Source: Treponema sp. (GTDB lineage Bacteria > Spirochaetota > Spirochaetia > Treponematales > Breznakiellaceae). From it: 64,000 nucleotides of DNA. Positions within the stretch are counted from its first letter, which is position 1, and the number at the start of each line of letters is the position of its first letter. Under the pieces are notes generated by a model that saw nothing but the letters and a program-made list of their open reading frames with translations, had not been told where the DNA came from and ran no database searches. Shown here in pieces: positions 47,011-56,022 of this stretch. A program made the position numbers and the translations under genes. The stretch is taken from assembly GCA_031266175.1 (NCBI GenBank), contig JAISBN010000139.1, positions 762 through 64,761 of the forward strand, read 5' to 3'.

Positions 47011-47806
47011 GATTGCTCCTGTGCAGGTCGATAAGGGCGGAGATGATCCGCCGCTGATCCCGGCGGTGGACGATGGTGTCCACGAAGCCCTTTTCCAGCT
47101 GGAACTCGGAACGCTGAAATCCTTCGGGAAGGCTTTGCCGTATCGTTCCTTCAATAACCCGGGGACCCGCAAAACCGATAAGGGCGCCGGGCTCCGCCAT
47201 GATCACATCGGCCAGCATGGCGAAGGATGCCGTCACTCCGCCGGTGGTGGGATCGCAGAGGACGATAAAGAAGGGGACTCCCGCCTTGTCCAGCTCCGCG
47301 GCGGCGCTGGCGGTTTTTGCCATCTGCATAAGGGAGAAGATCCCCTCCTGCATCCGGGCGCCGCCGGAAGTGGTATAGATCAGCACGGGAAGTTTTTTTT
47401 CCGCCCCCTTGATTAGGGCCCGGCCGACTTTTTCACCCACCACCGATCCCATGGAGCCGCCCATGAACCTGAAGGACATAATTCCCAGGATGACGGGCTT
47501 TCCTTCAATGGTGCAGTCGCCGGTAAGCACCGCGTCCTTCATCCGGGTTTTGGCTTCCGCCTCGGAAAGTTTTTCTTCGTAGCCCGAAAGATCAATGGGA
47601 TTAAGGGAGCGGAGGTTCGCGGAAAATTCAACGAAGCTTCCCTCATCCGCAAGGTATGCTATCCGTTCCACGGGCTCCATCCGGTAGTGATAACCGCATC
47701 CGGGACAGGTGTTAAGCGATGCCTTTACCGTCGCTTCGTCGCGGGGTTTTCCGCATCCGGGACAGGTTTTTCCGGTCTGCCCGCCGTCTTCACTGGACAT
47801 GTTCAA
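47003..47806 (-). CDS. accD: Acetyl-CoA carboxylase carboxyltransferase beta subunit
   Basis: Zinc ribbon CPGCG..CPGCGYHYRM, MGGSMGSVVGEK. Confidence 0.9.
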   Translation of the reverse strand: MNMSSEDGGQTGKTCPGCGKPRDEATVKASLNTCPGCGYHYRMEPVERIAYLADEGSFVEFSANLRSLNPIDLSGYEEKLSEAEAKTRMKDAVLTGDCTIEGKPVILGIMSFRFMGGSMGSVVGEKVGRALIKGAEKKLPVLIYTTSGGARMQEGIFSLMQMAKTASAAAELDKAGVPFFIVLCDPTTGGVTASFAMLADVIMAEPGALIGFAGPRVIEGTIRQSLPEGFQRSEFQLEKGFVDTIVHRRDQRRIISALIDLHRSNHE

Positions 47807-49148
47807 CTTCCTTCTCTATATTTTCGTACCAGGAGGTGCCGAAAACGCCGTAATGGAACACGGGGTGATTGATGATCCACCGCTGCCGTTCTTTATTGGT
47901 TGCGATTCCGTCAATTACCAGTTCCCGCAGGGCGCGGTCCATCCGGGCCAGCGCGTGGTTCCGGTCTGTTTCATGGACGATAAGTTTGGCCACCATCGAA
48001 TCGTAGTGGGGCGGAACGGAATACCCCGGATAGAGGAACGAATCGAACCGTACCCCCGGGCCTCCGGGTACTTCCAGCCGGGTTATTTTTCCCGGAGTCA
48101 GGGCATTGATCCTGCATTCCATCGCCCAGCCCGAAAGCGGCGGTTCCGCCGGGAAATCCGCCTCACCCGCCGCCGCGGCGTCCGCCTGTCCGGGAAGTTC
48201 CAGGCGGCCTTCGGTACAGGCAAGGATCTGCTGGCGTATAATATCGACGCCGCTTACAAACTCGCTTACCGGATGCTCTACCTGGACCCGGGCGTTTACT
48301 TCCATAAAATAAAATTTGCCCTCTTCCACAAGGAACTCGATGGTACCTGCGCCGCGGTACTTAAGCTCCCGGAAAAGCGGCACGGCCGCGGCGGTCATGG
48401 CCCGGCGCATGCCGGCGCTTACCGCGGGGGAGGGACTTTCTTCGATAAGTTTCTGATGATTTTTCTGAACCGTACAGTCCCGCTCGCCCAGAACGGCCGC
48501 ATTGCTGCCGTCGGCGATAATCTGCAGTTCCACGTGCCGGGGATTTTCCAGGTACTTTTCGATGAACACCGTACCGTCGGCAAAATTTTCCTCCGCCTCC
48601 CGGCTGGCAATGCTGATGTTGTCCCGCAGGTCTTCCGCCCTGCGGACGATCCGCATGCCTCTGCCGCCCCCGCCGGCGGCGGCCTTGATAATCACGGGAA
48701 AACCCAGGGCCTCCGCCGCCTGTATTGTTTCACCGCTGACCGCCCCGGTTCCCGGTGTTACCGGGAGGCCGTATTTTTGCGCGGTAGCCCTGGCCCGGAC
48801 CTTGTCGCCCAGGAGTTCTATCACCTCCGGATCGGGGCCGATAAAAAGAAGACCCTGGTCCCGGACCAGCCGGGCAAATTCCGGGTTTTCCGAAAGAAAG
48901 CCCACTCCGGGATGAACCGCCCCGCAGTCCGTATGGAGGGCCGCCATAATCAGGTTTTCCTTTACCAGGTAACTTTTTGCCGGGGGTGCCGGTCCTATGC
49001 AAACCGATCTGTCGGCAAGCCGCACATGGAGACTGTCCCTGTCGGCTTCGGAATAAACCGCGACGGTTTCGATTCCCATTTCCCGGCAGCTACGGATAAT
49101 GCGGACGGCAATTTCACCCCGGTTGGCGATTAAGAGACGCTTTATCAC
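47790..49148 (-). CDS. accC: Biotin carboxylase
   Basis: MIKRLLIANRGEIAVRIIR, GGGGRGMRIV, EMNARVQVEHPVSE. Confidence 0.93.
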   Translation of the reverse strand: MIKRLLIANRGEIAVRIIRSCREMGIETVAVYSEADRDSLHVRLADRSVCIGPAPPAKSYLVKENLIMAALHTDCGAVHPGVGFLSENPEFARLVRDQGLLFIGPDPEVIELLGDKVRARATAQKYGLPVTPGTGAVSGETIQAAEALGFPVIIKAAAGGGGRGMRIVRRAEDLRDNISIASREAEENFADGTVFIEKYLENPRHVELQIIADGSNAAVLGERDCTVQKNHQKLIEESPSPAVSAGMRRAMTAAAVPLFRELKYRGAGTIEFLVEEGKFYFMEVNARVQVEHPVSEFVSGVDIIRQQILACTEGRLELPGQADAAAAGEADFPAEPPLSGWAMECRINALTPGKITRLEVPGGPGVRFDSFLYPGYSVPPHYDSMVAKLIVHETDRNHALARMDRALRELVIDGIATNKERQRWIINHPVFHYGVFGTSWYENIEKEVEHVQ

Positions 49149-49164
49149 GGTCGTTCCTTCATCG

Positions 49165-49686
49165 TCAGCCCGGCCGCTTTACTTCAAAGAGTTCCTGTCC
49201 GTATTCAACCATATCCCCTCCTGCGGCTTTTACCGCGATAATTTCGCAGTCAAATTCCGCGACCAGCTGATTCATCATCTTCATCGCTTCCAGGATACAC
49301 AGGGTACCGCCGGCCTTTACTTTTGAGCCGGGCCGGACAAAGGGCGGAGCGTCGGGACCCGGCGAAGGGTAAAACGTTCCCACGATGGGACTGGTAATAA
49401 ACTCCGTCCCGGTCGCGGCGGCGTCTGCCGCGGTTCCGCTGCCCGCCGAAACCGGCTGTACCCCGGGGTCCTGTGCCGCGGGGCGGGATGCGGACGATGC
49501 CCCCGCGGGCGCTTCCGCCGTGCGGGACGGCGTTACGGACCCGGAATGTACCGCGGCGGCGCCGATGACGCCGGCGGAACTTTCTTTACGCAGTAGCAGC
49601 CGGGCGCTGCCGTCGCTTAATTCCAGTTCCCCGATGTTTCCGGCGGAGAACCTGTCGACCAGGGTAAGGATCAGTTTTTCATCCAT
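49165..49686 (-). CDS. accB: Biotin carboxyl carrier protein
   Basis: C-terminal biotinyl motif CILEAMKMMN. Ala/Ser/Pro-rich linker. Confidence 0.88.
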   Translation of the reverse strand: MDEKLILTLVDRFSAGNIGELELSDGSARLLLRKESSAGVIGAAAVHSGSVTPSRTAEAPAGASSASRPAAQDPGVQPVSAGSGTAADAAATGTEFITSPIVGTFYPSPGPDAPPFVRPGSKVKAGGTLCILEAMKMMNQLVAEFDCEIIAVKAAGGDMVEYGQELFEVKRPG

Positions 49687-49701
49687 AAAAAACCTCTTTG
49701 T

Positions 49702-50940
49702 CTACAGTCCCGAAGGATCCACGTCGGCGTCGTAGTTAATTCCATCCACGTCAAAGCCGTGGGCTTCAAGAAAATCGTGCCTGAATCCCACCACATCGGT
49801 AAGGTCGTTGATATTTTCCGGTTTTGCCCGGGCCATCCGGTCCAGTACTTCCTTCTGTACGTCTTCCCGCATTTCCCAGTCGTCAATACGGATACGGCCT
49901 TCACTGTCCACGGGAACCTGCGCGGGATCCTGCGCCGCCCTGGTACTGTAAAGCCGTTCGCCGTAGAGCCGCACGATCTGTTCAATGCAGCCTTCGTGGA
50001 GGCCCTTTTCTTTCATCACCTTGAAAAGGGTTGAAACATAAAAGGGAATGATGGGGATCACCGCGCTGGCCCTGGTAACCAGGGCCTTGTTGACCGATAT
50101 CCAGGCGTGAACGCCTTTTTGATTGATCACCGCGGCCGCCCGTTCCAGATCCTGTTTGGCCCGGCCTATGGTTCCGTTTTTGTAAATCGCCCAGGAAAGT
50201 TCCGGCCCGATGTAGGTGTAGGCCACGGTCCGTGTTTCGGGGGACAAAAGGCCTTCCCCGCCGAGGGCTTCGATCCACAGTTCCCAGTCTTCGCCGCCCA
50301 TAACCTTAACCGTACCGGCAATTTCTTCTTCCGTCGCGCTTTCCGCCGACGCGGTGGTAAAGTTCCCCGACATCATGTCCAGGGTAGTACCGGAATAGGA
50401 TTCGCCGATGGGCTTGATCACCGACCGGTACGTGATCCCCGTGGCGGGATCGGTCCGTACCGGAGAGGCCAGTGAATAAACGAACAGATCAACCCTGGCG
50501 GGAATGCCCGCGGCCGCCGCGGCGTCCCGCAGGGCTTTGGCGGCTTCCGCCTTCATCCCGCCGGAAAACGCGTCGCCGTCCAGGGTTTTTGATACCAGCG
50601 ACGCCCGGGCCGCCTCCGCGTCGAAGGCAAGATTGTTGTACCAGCCGGGGGTGCCGGGTTTTTTCTGCGAACCGGGTTTTTCGAAGGAAATCCCCACCGT
50701 GGCCGCGCCGTAGCCAAAGGCGGCGGCAATGCGGCTTGCCAGTCCATAGCCGGTGGAACAGCCCGCTACCAGGACCAGCCGGGGACTTCCCGCTGGAGCG
50801 GCAGCCCGGGCACTTTGGGGATCCCTGCCACCGGCCAGATTTTTTGTTACCCCGGCGATTTGGTTTCTTACCGTTTTGGCGCATCCCGCGGGATGGCTGC
50901 TGATACAGATATTGTTGCGGATCATGGGTTTAATGATCAT
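49702..50940 (-). CDS. fabV: Trans-2-enoyl-CoA/ACP reductase, FabV/Ter type
   Basis: Start moved to the ATG at 50940. MIIKPMIRNNICISSHPAGCAKTV closely resembles the T. denticola Ter/FabV N-terminus. 4-nt overlap with fabZ. Confidence 0.9.
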   Translation of the reverse strand: MIIKPMIRNNICISSHPAGCAKTVRNQIAGVTKNLAGGRDPQSARAAAPAGSPRLVLVAGCSTGYGLASRIAAAFGYGAATVGISFEKPGSQKKPGTPGWYNNLAFDAEAARASLVSKTLDGDAFSGGMKAEAAKALRDAAAAAGIPARVDLFVYSLASPVRTDPATGITYRSVIKPIGESYSGTTLDMMSGNFTTASAESATEEEIAGTVKVMGGEDWELWIEALGGEGLLSPETRTVAYTYIGPELSWAIYKNGTIGRAKQDLERAAAVINQKGVHAWISVNKALVTRASAVIPIIPFYVSTLFKVMKEKGLHEGCIEQIVRLYGERLYSTRAAQDPAQVPVDSEGRIRIDDWEMREDVQKEVLDRMARAKPENINDLTDVVGFRHDFLEAHGFDVDGINYDADVDPSGL

Positions 50941-51431
50941 GTCGCTGCTCCTTCCGTCGCGGGGCCCACAAGGCAGAGCCATTCCGCTTCCGCGGCAAGC
51001 TCATCCCCCACATAGGCCCTGCCGGCCTGTTTTATCATTTTTGCGGAAACCCGTAAATTGGTAATTTCCGAACGGACTTCTTCACCGGGCCGTACCTGCC
51101 GGCGGAACTTAACCTTATCTATCGACGCAAGAAAGAAAAGCGCATCGCCGCCGAGCCTCCCCTGCTTTCGCAGCCCCGCGCCGCCGGACTGGGCCATGGT
51201 CTCCACCAGAATCACCCCCGGCACCACCGGGTATTGGGGAAAGTGGCCCGCAAAGAAAAATTCTTTTTCGGTAAATACATGGCGGGCGGTGATTGTTTCT
51301 TCGGTGAACGAAACAACCTCGTCCACAAACAAAAACGGAATCCGGTGGGGCAAAAGCTTTTCTATTTCGGTGTCCGCTTTCTTGGCATTGCCGGCATCGT
51401 TCACACCGCTCATATTAATAGTATCGTTCAT
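50937..51431 (-). CDS. fabZ: 3-hydroxyacyl-ACP dehydratase
   Basis: LPHRIPFLFVDEV, FFAGHFPQYPVVPGVILVETMAQ. Confidence 0.88.
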   Translation of the reverse strand: MNDTINMSGVNDAGNAKKADTEIEKLLPHRIPFLFVDEVVSFTEETITARHVFTEKEFFFAGHFPQYPVVPGVILVETMAQSGGAGLRKQGRLGGDALFFLASIDKVKFRRQVRPGEEVRSEITNLRVSAKMIKQAGRAYVGDELAAEAEWLCLVGPATEGAAT

Positions 51432-51467
51432 ATCGGCCTCCCTGTGTTTATTTTACGGCCCGCGACT

Positions 51468-52727
51468 TTAATGCTTCCTGAAAACCACCACGCCGTTATG
51501 CCCGCCGAAACCAAGATTTCCCGAAGCGGCGGCGTTGATCGTACCGTACTGGACTTTGTTGGGTACATAGTCCAGATCGCATTCAGGATCGGGATCGTCC
51601 AGATTGATTGTCGGCGGAAAGAAACCCTGGCGGATCGCCAGCACACAGGCGATGGCTTCCATGCCGCCGGAACCGGCAACGCAGTGGCCCGTCATACTTT
51701 TGATGCTGGAGACTTTCAGTTTATAGGCGTGATCGCCGAAGGCGGTTTTGATCATCCTGGTTTCGGAGGGATCGTTTATCTCCGTGGAAGTGCCGTGGGC
51801 ATTGTAGTACTGGATGTCCTCCGGCCCAAGCCCCGCGTCCCTGATTGCTCCGGCAATAGCCCGGCCCCCTCCCGCGCCGGAGGGATCCGGCGAGGTAATG
51901 TGGTATGCGTCGGCGCTGACTCCGTAACCGGCCAATTCCGCCAGGCAGAGCGCTCCCCGGGCCCTGGCGTGGTCTTCGCTTTCCAGGACCAGAATGCCCG
52001 CCCCTTCTCCCAGCACAAAGCCGTCCCGGTCTTTGTCGAAGGGACGGCTTGCCTTTTCAGGCTCGTCGTTCCGTTTGACGGAAAGCGTTTTGAGCATCTG
52101 GAATCCCCCGATTCCGAAGGGGACCATGCAGGATTCGGAACCTCCGGCGATGATAACGTCGCAGCGGCCGGAACGGATCAAATCCAGAGCCTGTCCAAGG
52201 GCGTCGGTACCGGAGGCGCAGGCCGTAATCTGGGTAAAGGCGGGCCCCCTAGTTCCGTAGATCATGGAGATGTTTCCCGCGGCTTCGTTGCCGATCATCA
52301 TGGGAATGGTCAGGGGAGGCATACGCCGGGGTCCGGCGGCGAAGAGTTTTTTGAAGGATTCGCTGACAATCTCAAAGCCTCCGATGCCGTTTCCCAGAAC
52401 CACGCCGGTCCTGTCCGGATCGCTTGTAACCCGTCTGCGGCCTTCGCTGTTCCGGACAAGCAGCCCCGCCTGTTCCAGCGCCTGATCCGCGGCGGCCGCG
52501 GCAAACTGGGTGAACCGGGCCATTTTACGGGCGTCCTTTTTATCGATCCACCGGGAAGGATCAAAGTCCCTGACTTCGGCGGCTATCTTTACTTCAAAGT
52601 CCGAAGTGTCAAAGGCAGTGAGCCGGGAGACGCCGCTCTTGCCCTCTTTCAGGGACCGGGTAAAATCTTCGATAGAATTTCCAATGGGCGAAATAACTCC
52701 CATTCCGGTAACGACAACTTTTCTCAT
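51468..52727 (-). CDS. fabF: 3-oxoacyl-ACP synthase II
   Basis: RKVVVTGMGVISP, ACASG active-site Cys, HGTST, GHNG. Confidence 0.92.
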   Translation of the reverse strand: MRKVVVTGMGVISPIGNSIEDFTRSLKEGKSGVSRLTAFDTSDFEVKIAAEVRDFDPSRWIDKKDARKMARFTQFAAAAADQALEQAGLLVRNSEGRRRVTSDPDRTGVVLGNGIGGFEIVSESFKKLFAAGPRRMPPLTIPMMIGNEAAGNISMIYGTRGPAFTQITACASGTDALGQALDLIRSGRCDVIIAGGSESCMVPFGIGGFQMLKTLSVKRNDEPEKASRPFDKDRDGFVLGEGAGILVLESEDHARARGALCLAELAGYGVSADAYHITSPDPSGAGGGRAIAGAIRDAGLGPEDIQYYNAHGTSTEINDPSETRMIKTAFGDHAYKLKVSSIKSMTGHCVAGSGGMEAIACVLAIRQGFFPPTINLDDPDPECDLDYVPNKVQYGTINAAASGNLGFGGHNGVVVFRKH

Positions 52728-52742
52728 ACCAGCTCCATTCCT

Positions 52743-53486
52743 TTACATAAACATGCCGCCGTCGACGGCAAGCACCTGTCCCGTGATATACGCCGAAGCA
52801 TCCGATGCCAGAAACAAAACCGCCGCGGCTATATCGCCGGGGGTCCCCATGCGCTTCAGGGGGATCTGTTCCAGCATTGTTTCCTTAACCTTGTCCGGCA
52901 GTCCGGCGGTCATATCGGTACCGACAAAGCCCGGAGCCACGGCGTTAACCCGCACATTCCGGGAGGCCGTTTCCCGGGCCAGGCTTTTGGTCAGGCCGAT
53001 AAGCCCGGCCTTGCTGGCCGCGTAGTTCGCCTGGCCCCCGTTGCCGTGGATCCCTACTACGCTGGACATGTTGATGATTGAGCCGGACCGCCGGCGTATC
53101 ATGTCTCTGCCCACAACACGGCTCAGGGCAAAAGCGGCGCTCAGGTTTACGTCCAGCACCTTGCGGAAATCATCCAGGGTCATGCGGAAAACAAGGTTGT
53201 CTTTGGTGATCCCCGCGTTATTGACCAGGATATCAAAGCCCCCCGCTTCCTTAAGAGCTTCCCCGATGATCCCTTCAAGTGCGCCCAGATCGGAAAGATC
53301 CGCCCGCAGCCAGTGGAGCCTGCCCCCCGCCCCGCCAATCCGCGCCACCAGGTCCTCAGGTTCCCCGGCGCTTAAGCCCCAGACTTCCGCCCCCTCGGCC
53401 AAAAAGAGATCCGTTATGGCCCGGCCGATTCCCCGGGAAGCTCCGGTGACCAGCGCTTTCTTGTTTTCCAAAACCATATTTGCCAT
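52743..53486 (-). CDS. fabG: 3-oxoacyl-ACP reductase
   Basis: ALVTGASRGIG, NNAGI, YAASKAG SDR motifs. Confidence 0.92.
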   Translation of the reverse strand: MANMVLENKKALVTGASRGIGRAITDLFLAEGAEVWGLSAGEPEDLVARIGGAGGRLHWLRADLSDLGALEGIIGEALKEAGGFDILVNNAGITKDNLVFRMTLDDFRKVLDVNLSAAFALSRVVGRDMIRRRSGSIINMSSVVGIHGNGGQANYAASKAGLIGLTKSLARETASRNVRVNAVAPGFVGTDMTAGLPDKVKETMLEQIPLKRMGTPGDIAAAVLFLASDASAYITGQVLAVDGGMFM

Positions 53487-53488
53487 CC

Positions 53489-54517
53489 TTATGCAGAATA
53501 CGCGCTAAAAAATTCCATGATTTCCTTTACCGTCCCCGCGCCATAAGCGGGAATTTCGCTTCCCGTATCCCGCCAGAGTCCCTGAAGTACCGATCCGGGA
53601 CCGGTTTCCAGTACCGCGCCGGGCTTCCGTTCCGCCAGGGCCTTTTCTTCCGCGGTCCACCGCACTCCCTCTACAATCTGCCGCAGGGCCAGGGACTTTG
53701 CTTCCGCGCCGGTATGTACCTGTCCGCCGGTGACGTTGGAAAAAAGGGGAATCGCGGGATCGGCAAAGGCTGTCTGTTCCAGGACCGGCGCAAAAGTTTC
53801 CGCCGCTTCCTTCATAAAAGGCGAATGGAAAGGACCGGCTACCGCCAGCCGCAGTACCCGCCGGGCCCCCGCTTCCATGAAGCGTTTTTTTGCTTCCCCA
53901 AGCGCCGCGGCGGAACCGGATACCACCGTCTGTTTGGGCGAATTGATGTTCGCCGGGTAAAGATCCTCCAGGGGTGATTTTTTGCCGTCCTTCCATTCGG
54001 CGATAAGGGCTTCCACCCTTTCGGGGGACAGTCCCAGCACCGCCGCCATCCCCGGAGCGGTCTCCGCTTCGCCGTCCTCCACGCTGTTTTCAGCGCCGCC
54101 CGCAGCGTTTCGCGTTACGCGATCCGTTATGTGATCGACGGCCTCCCGCATGGCCCTGCCCCGCGCTTTTGTCAGGCGGAAACAGTTCTCCATACTGATC
54201 ACGGAAGCGCAGGCCAGGGCGGGGTACTCCCCCAGGCTGAAACCGGCGCAGGCCGCGGGAACTATGCCCCGCTCTTTAAGGAAAACTGCGGCGGCCAGGG
54301 ATACGGCGCTGATGGCAGGCTGGGAAATGTCGGTACGCTTGAGGGTTTCCGCATCCGAATTCCGGATAAGGGCCGCCATGTCCAGGCCCATGATGTCCGA
54401 CGCGGCGGCGAACACTTCCCTCGCTCCGGCGGAGGCGTCCGCCATATCCAGCCCCATGCCGGGATACTGCGCCCCCTGGCCGGGAAATAAAAAGACAATC
54501 CTTTTGCTTTCCTTCAT
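53489..54517 (-). CDS. fabD: Malonyl-CoA-ACP transacylase
   Basis: FLFPGQGAQYPGMG, GFSLGEY active-site Ser. Contains a small acidic insert. Confidence 0.9.
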   Translation of the reverse strand: MKESKRIVFLFPGQGAQYPGMGLDMADASAGAREVFAAASDIMGLDMAALIRNSDAETLKRTDISQPAISAVSLAAAVFLKERGIVPAACAGFSLGEYPALACASVISMENCFRLTKARGRAMREAVDHITDRVTRNAAGGAENSVEDGEAETAPGMAAVLGLSPERVEALIAEWKDGKKSPLEDLYPANINSPKQTVVSGSAAALGEAKKRFMEAGARRVLRLAVAGPFHSPFMKEAAETFAPVLEQTAFADPAIPLFSNVTGGQVHTGAEAKSLALRQIVEGVRWTAEEKALAERKPGAVLETGPGSVLQGLWRDTGSEIPAYGAGTVKEIMEFFSAYSA

Positions 54518-54547
54518 TATTCGTTTCCTGTTATTCCCGCCATCATT

Positions 54548-55615
54548 CTACCATCGTATCAGGTTTCCTCCGTAGGTAAGACCGGCGCCGAAACCTACGG
54601 TCATCACCAGGCTGCCCCGCCGGAGTCCTCCGGAGCGGTTCAGTTCGTCCAGGGCGATGGGGATCGACGCCGATGAAGTGTTGGCGTATTCTTCAATGTT
54701 AAGGTAAAACTTTTCCTCCGGAATTTTCAGCCGCTTTGCCGCAGCCTGGACAATCCGGGCGTTTGCCTGGTGGGGAACGATAAGGTCAAGATCGGCGGCG
54801 CTGATTCGCTCTTCCTTCAGCATTTTTTCGATAGTTTCGGTAATAACCTTTACGGCAAAGTTGTACACCGCGTGTCCGTTCATTTCTATGGCCGGAACGG
54901 TGTCTACAATTTCTCCCTTTTTCCAGGGATTGCGGCTTCCTCCCCTGCGGATCATGAGGTACTCCCAGCCGGAACCATCGGCCCCCAGGACGGTACGAAG
55001 CAGGCCCCGTCTGCCGGTATGGGCCGGTCCCGGGCCTGAGGAAACCGGCGCTTCCGCGGAATCTTCCCCGGTTTTTTCCAGCAGCACCGCCCCGGCGCCG
55101 TCTCCGAAGAGGACGCAGTTTCTCCGGTCTTCCCAGTTGACAATCCGGGACAGTACCTCCGTTCCGATAACTAAAGCCCGCCTGCGCCGGGGATCGGTTT
55201 TCAGCAGAGCCGCGGCGGTTTCTATACCGTAGATAAATCCGCTGCAGGCCTGGGTAATGTCCATTGCGGCGGCATTGACAGCCCCCAGTTTGTGCTGAAC
55301 GATGCACGCCGTGGCGGGATGGCCGAAAAAGTCCTGGGTAGTGCTTCCCACCACGATGAGATCCACCGTTAAAGCCAGCTCTGCGGCGGTTTTTTCCGCA
55401 GCCGCTCCCCGTTCAACAGCCAGTTTCAGCGCTTCCAGGGCTGCGGCCGCGCCCAAATCACTGGCCGCGGTGTCGTCATCCGCTATATGGCGGCTCCCAA
55501 TCCCCGTATGGGAACGGATCCACCCATCGCTGGTGTCGATTTTGCCCGCCAGTTCTTCATTAGTGACCCTGCGGAGGGGAATAGCCCGGCCGGTCCCGAT
55601 TATCTCAACAGTCAT
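54548..55615 (-). CDS. fabH: 3-oxoacyl-ACP synthase III
   Basis: Start chosen at the ATG at 55615 (MTVEIIGTGRAIP, typical FabH start). The track's GTG at 55645 is an alternative. ACSGF, HQAN, GFGAGLT. Confidence 0.9.
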   Translation of the reverse strand: MTVEIIGTGRAIPLRRVTNEELAGKIDTSDGWIRSHTGIGSRHIADDDTAASDLGAAAALEALKLAVERGAAAEKTAAELALTVDLIVVGSTTQDFFGHPATACIVQHKLGAVNAAAMDITQACSGFIYGIETAAALLKTDPRRRRALVIGTEVLSRIVNWEDRRNCVLFGDGAGAVLLEKTGEDSAEAPVSSGPGPAHTGRRGLLRTVLGADGSGWEYLMIRRGGSRNPWKKGEIVDTVPAIEMNGHAVYNFAVKVITETIEKMLKEERISAADLDLIVPHQANARIVQAAAKRLKIPEEKFYLNIEEYANTSSASIPIALDELNRSGGLRRGSLVMTVGFGAGLTYGGNLIRW

Positions 55616-55627
55616 GGAGAGCCTTAT

Positions 55628-55776
55628 AAGCGGCGGATTTAGCACGAATTCGCTTTAAATCCCAAGCGGCAGCGGATTTAGTACGCATTCGCTTTAAATC
55701 CGCCGGAAAGAATGACAAAATTTCAAAAAATGTCATAATAAAAGGATAATAAGCTTAGGGAGGAATGTCAAGCGGG
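55628..55776 (-). promoter_or_regulatory. fab operon promoter/leader: TTGACA-N17-TATCCT, ATGACA-N13-TGTCAT palindrome, and two tandem ~30-bp GGATTTA-N14-TAAATCC palindromes
   Basis: Minus strand: -35 at 55771-55766 and -10 at 55748-55743. Palindrome at 55712-55736. Repeat copies at 55633-55662 and 55672-55701 (39-bp spacing). Confidence 0.45.
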
Positions 55777-55815
55777 CGGGCAGACTTGGCGTTTCCGTAA
55801 GAATATTTAACCCGC

Positions 55816-55845
55816 TTGACAAAAGCGCATAACAGATGTGATATT
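55816..55845 (+). promoter_or_regulatory. Orphan + strand promoter-like TTGACA-N18-(TGt)GATATT
   Basis: Perfect -35 at 55816-55821. It is preceded by CCCGC, forming an 11-bp inverted repeat with the minus-strand fab -35 (55766-55776). There is no + strand gene downstream. Confidence 0.3.
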
Positions 55846-56022
55846 GGCAGGGTTAATAAACACCCTTAGACAGAACCGCATATCCAAAATCCCCGGTACT
55901 CGGCAAAGGGTACTTTGATATGAACACCCCGCGCCAAACCATCGCAGCCCTTATCATCTTCCGTCTACTATACCGAACTGCTCTATGCGGTGATACGACG
56001 CGTAGCCCCGGAAATACCGGGC

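Noticed and set aside
45928-53081. Long + strand ORFs across the acc/fab cluster (45928..46902, 47709..49133, 51234..53081 and others)
   Set aside because: They lie opposite accA, accC, fabF and fabG, which carry unmistakable catalytic motifs. They are typical open antisense frames in high-GC DNA.
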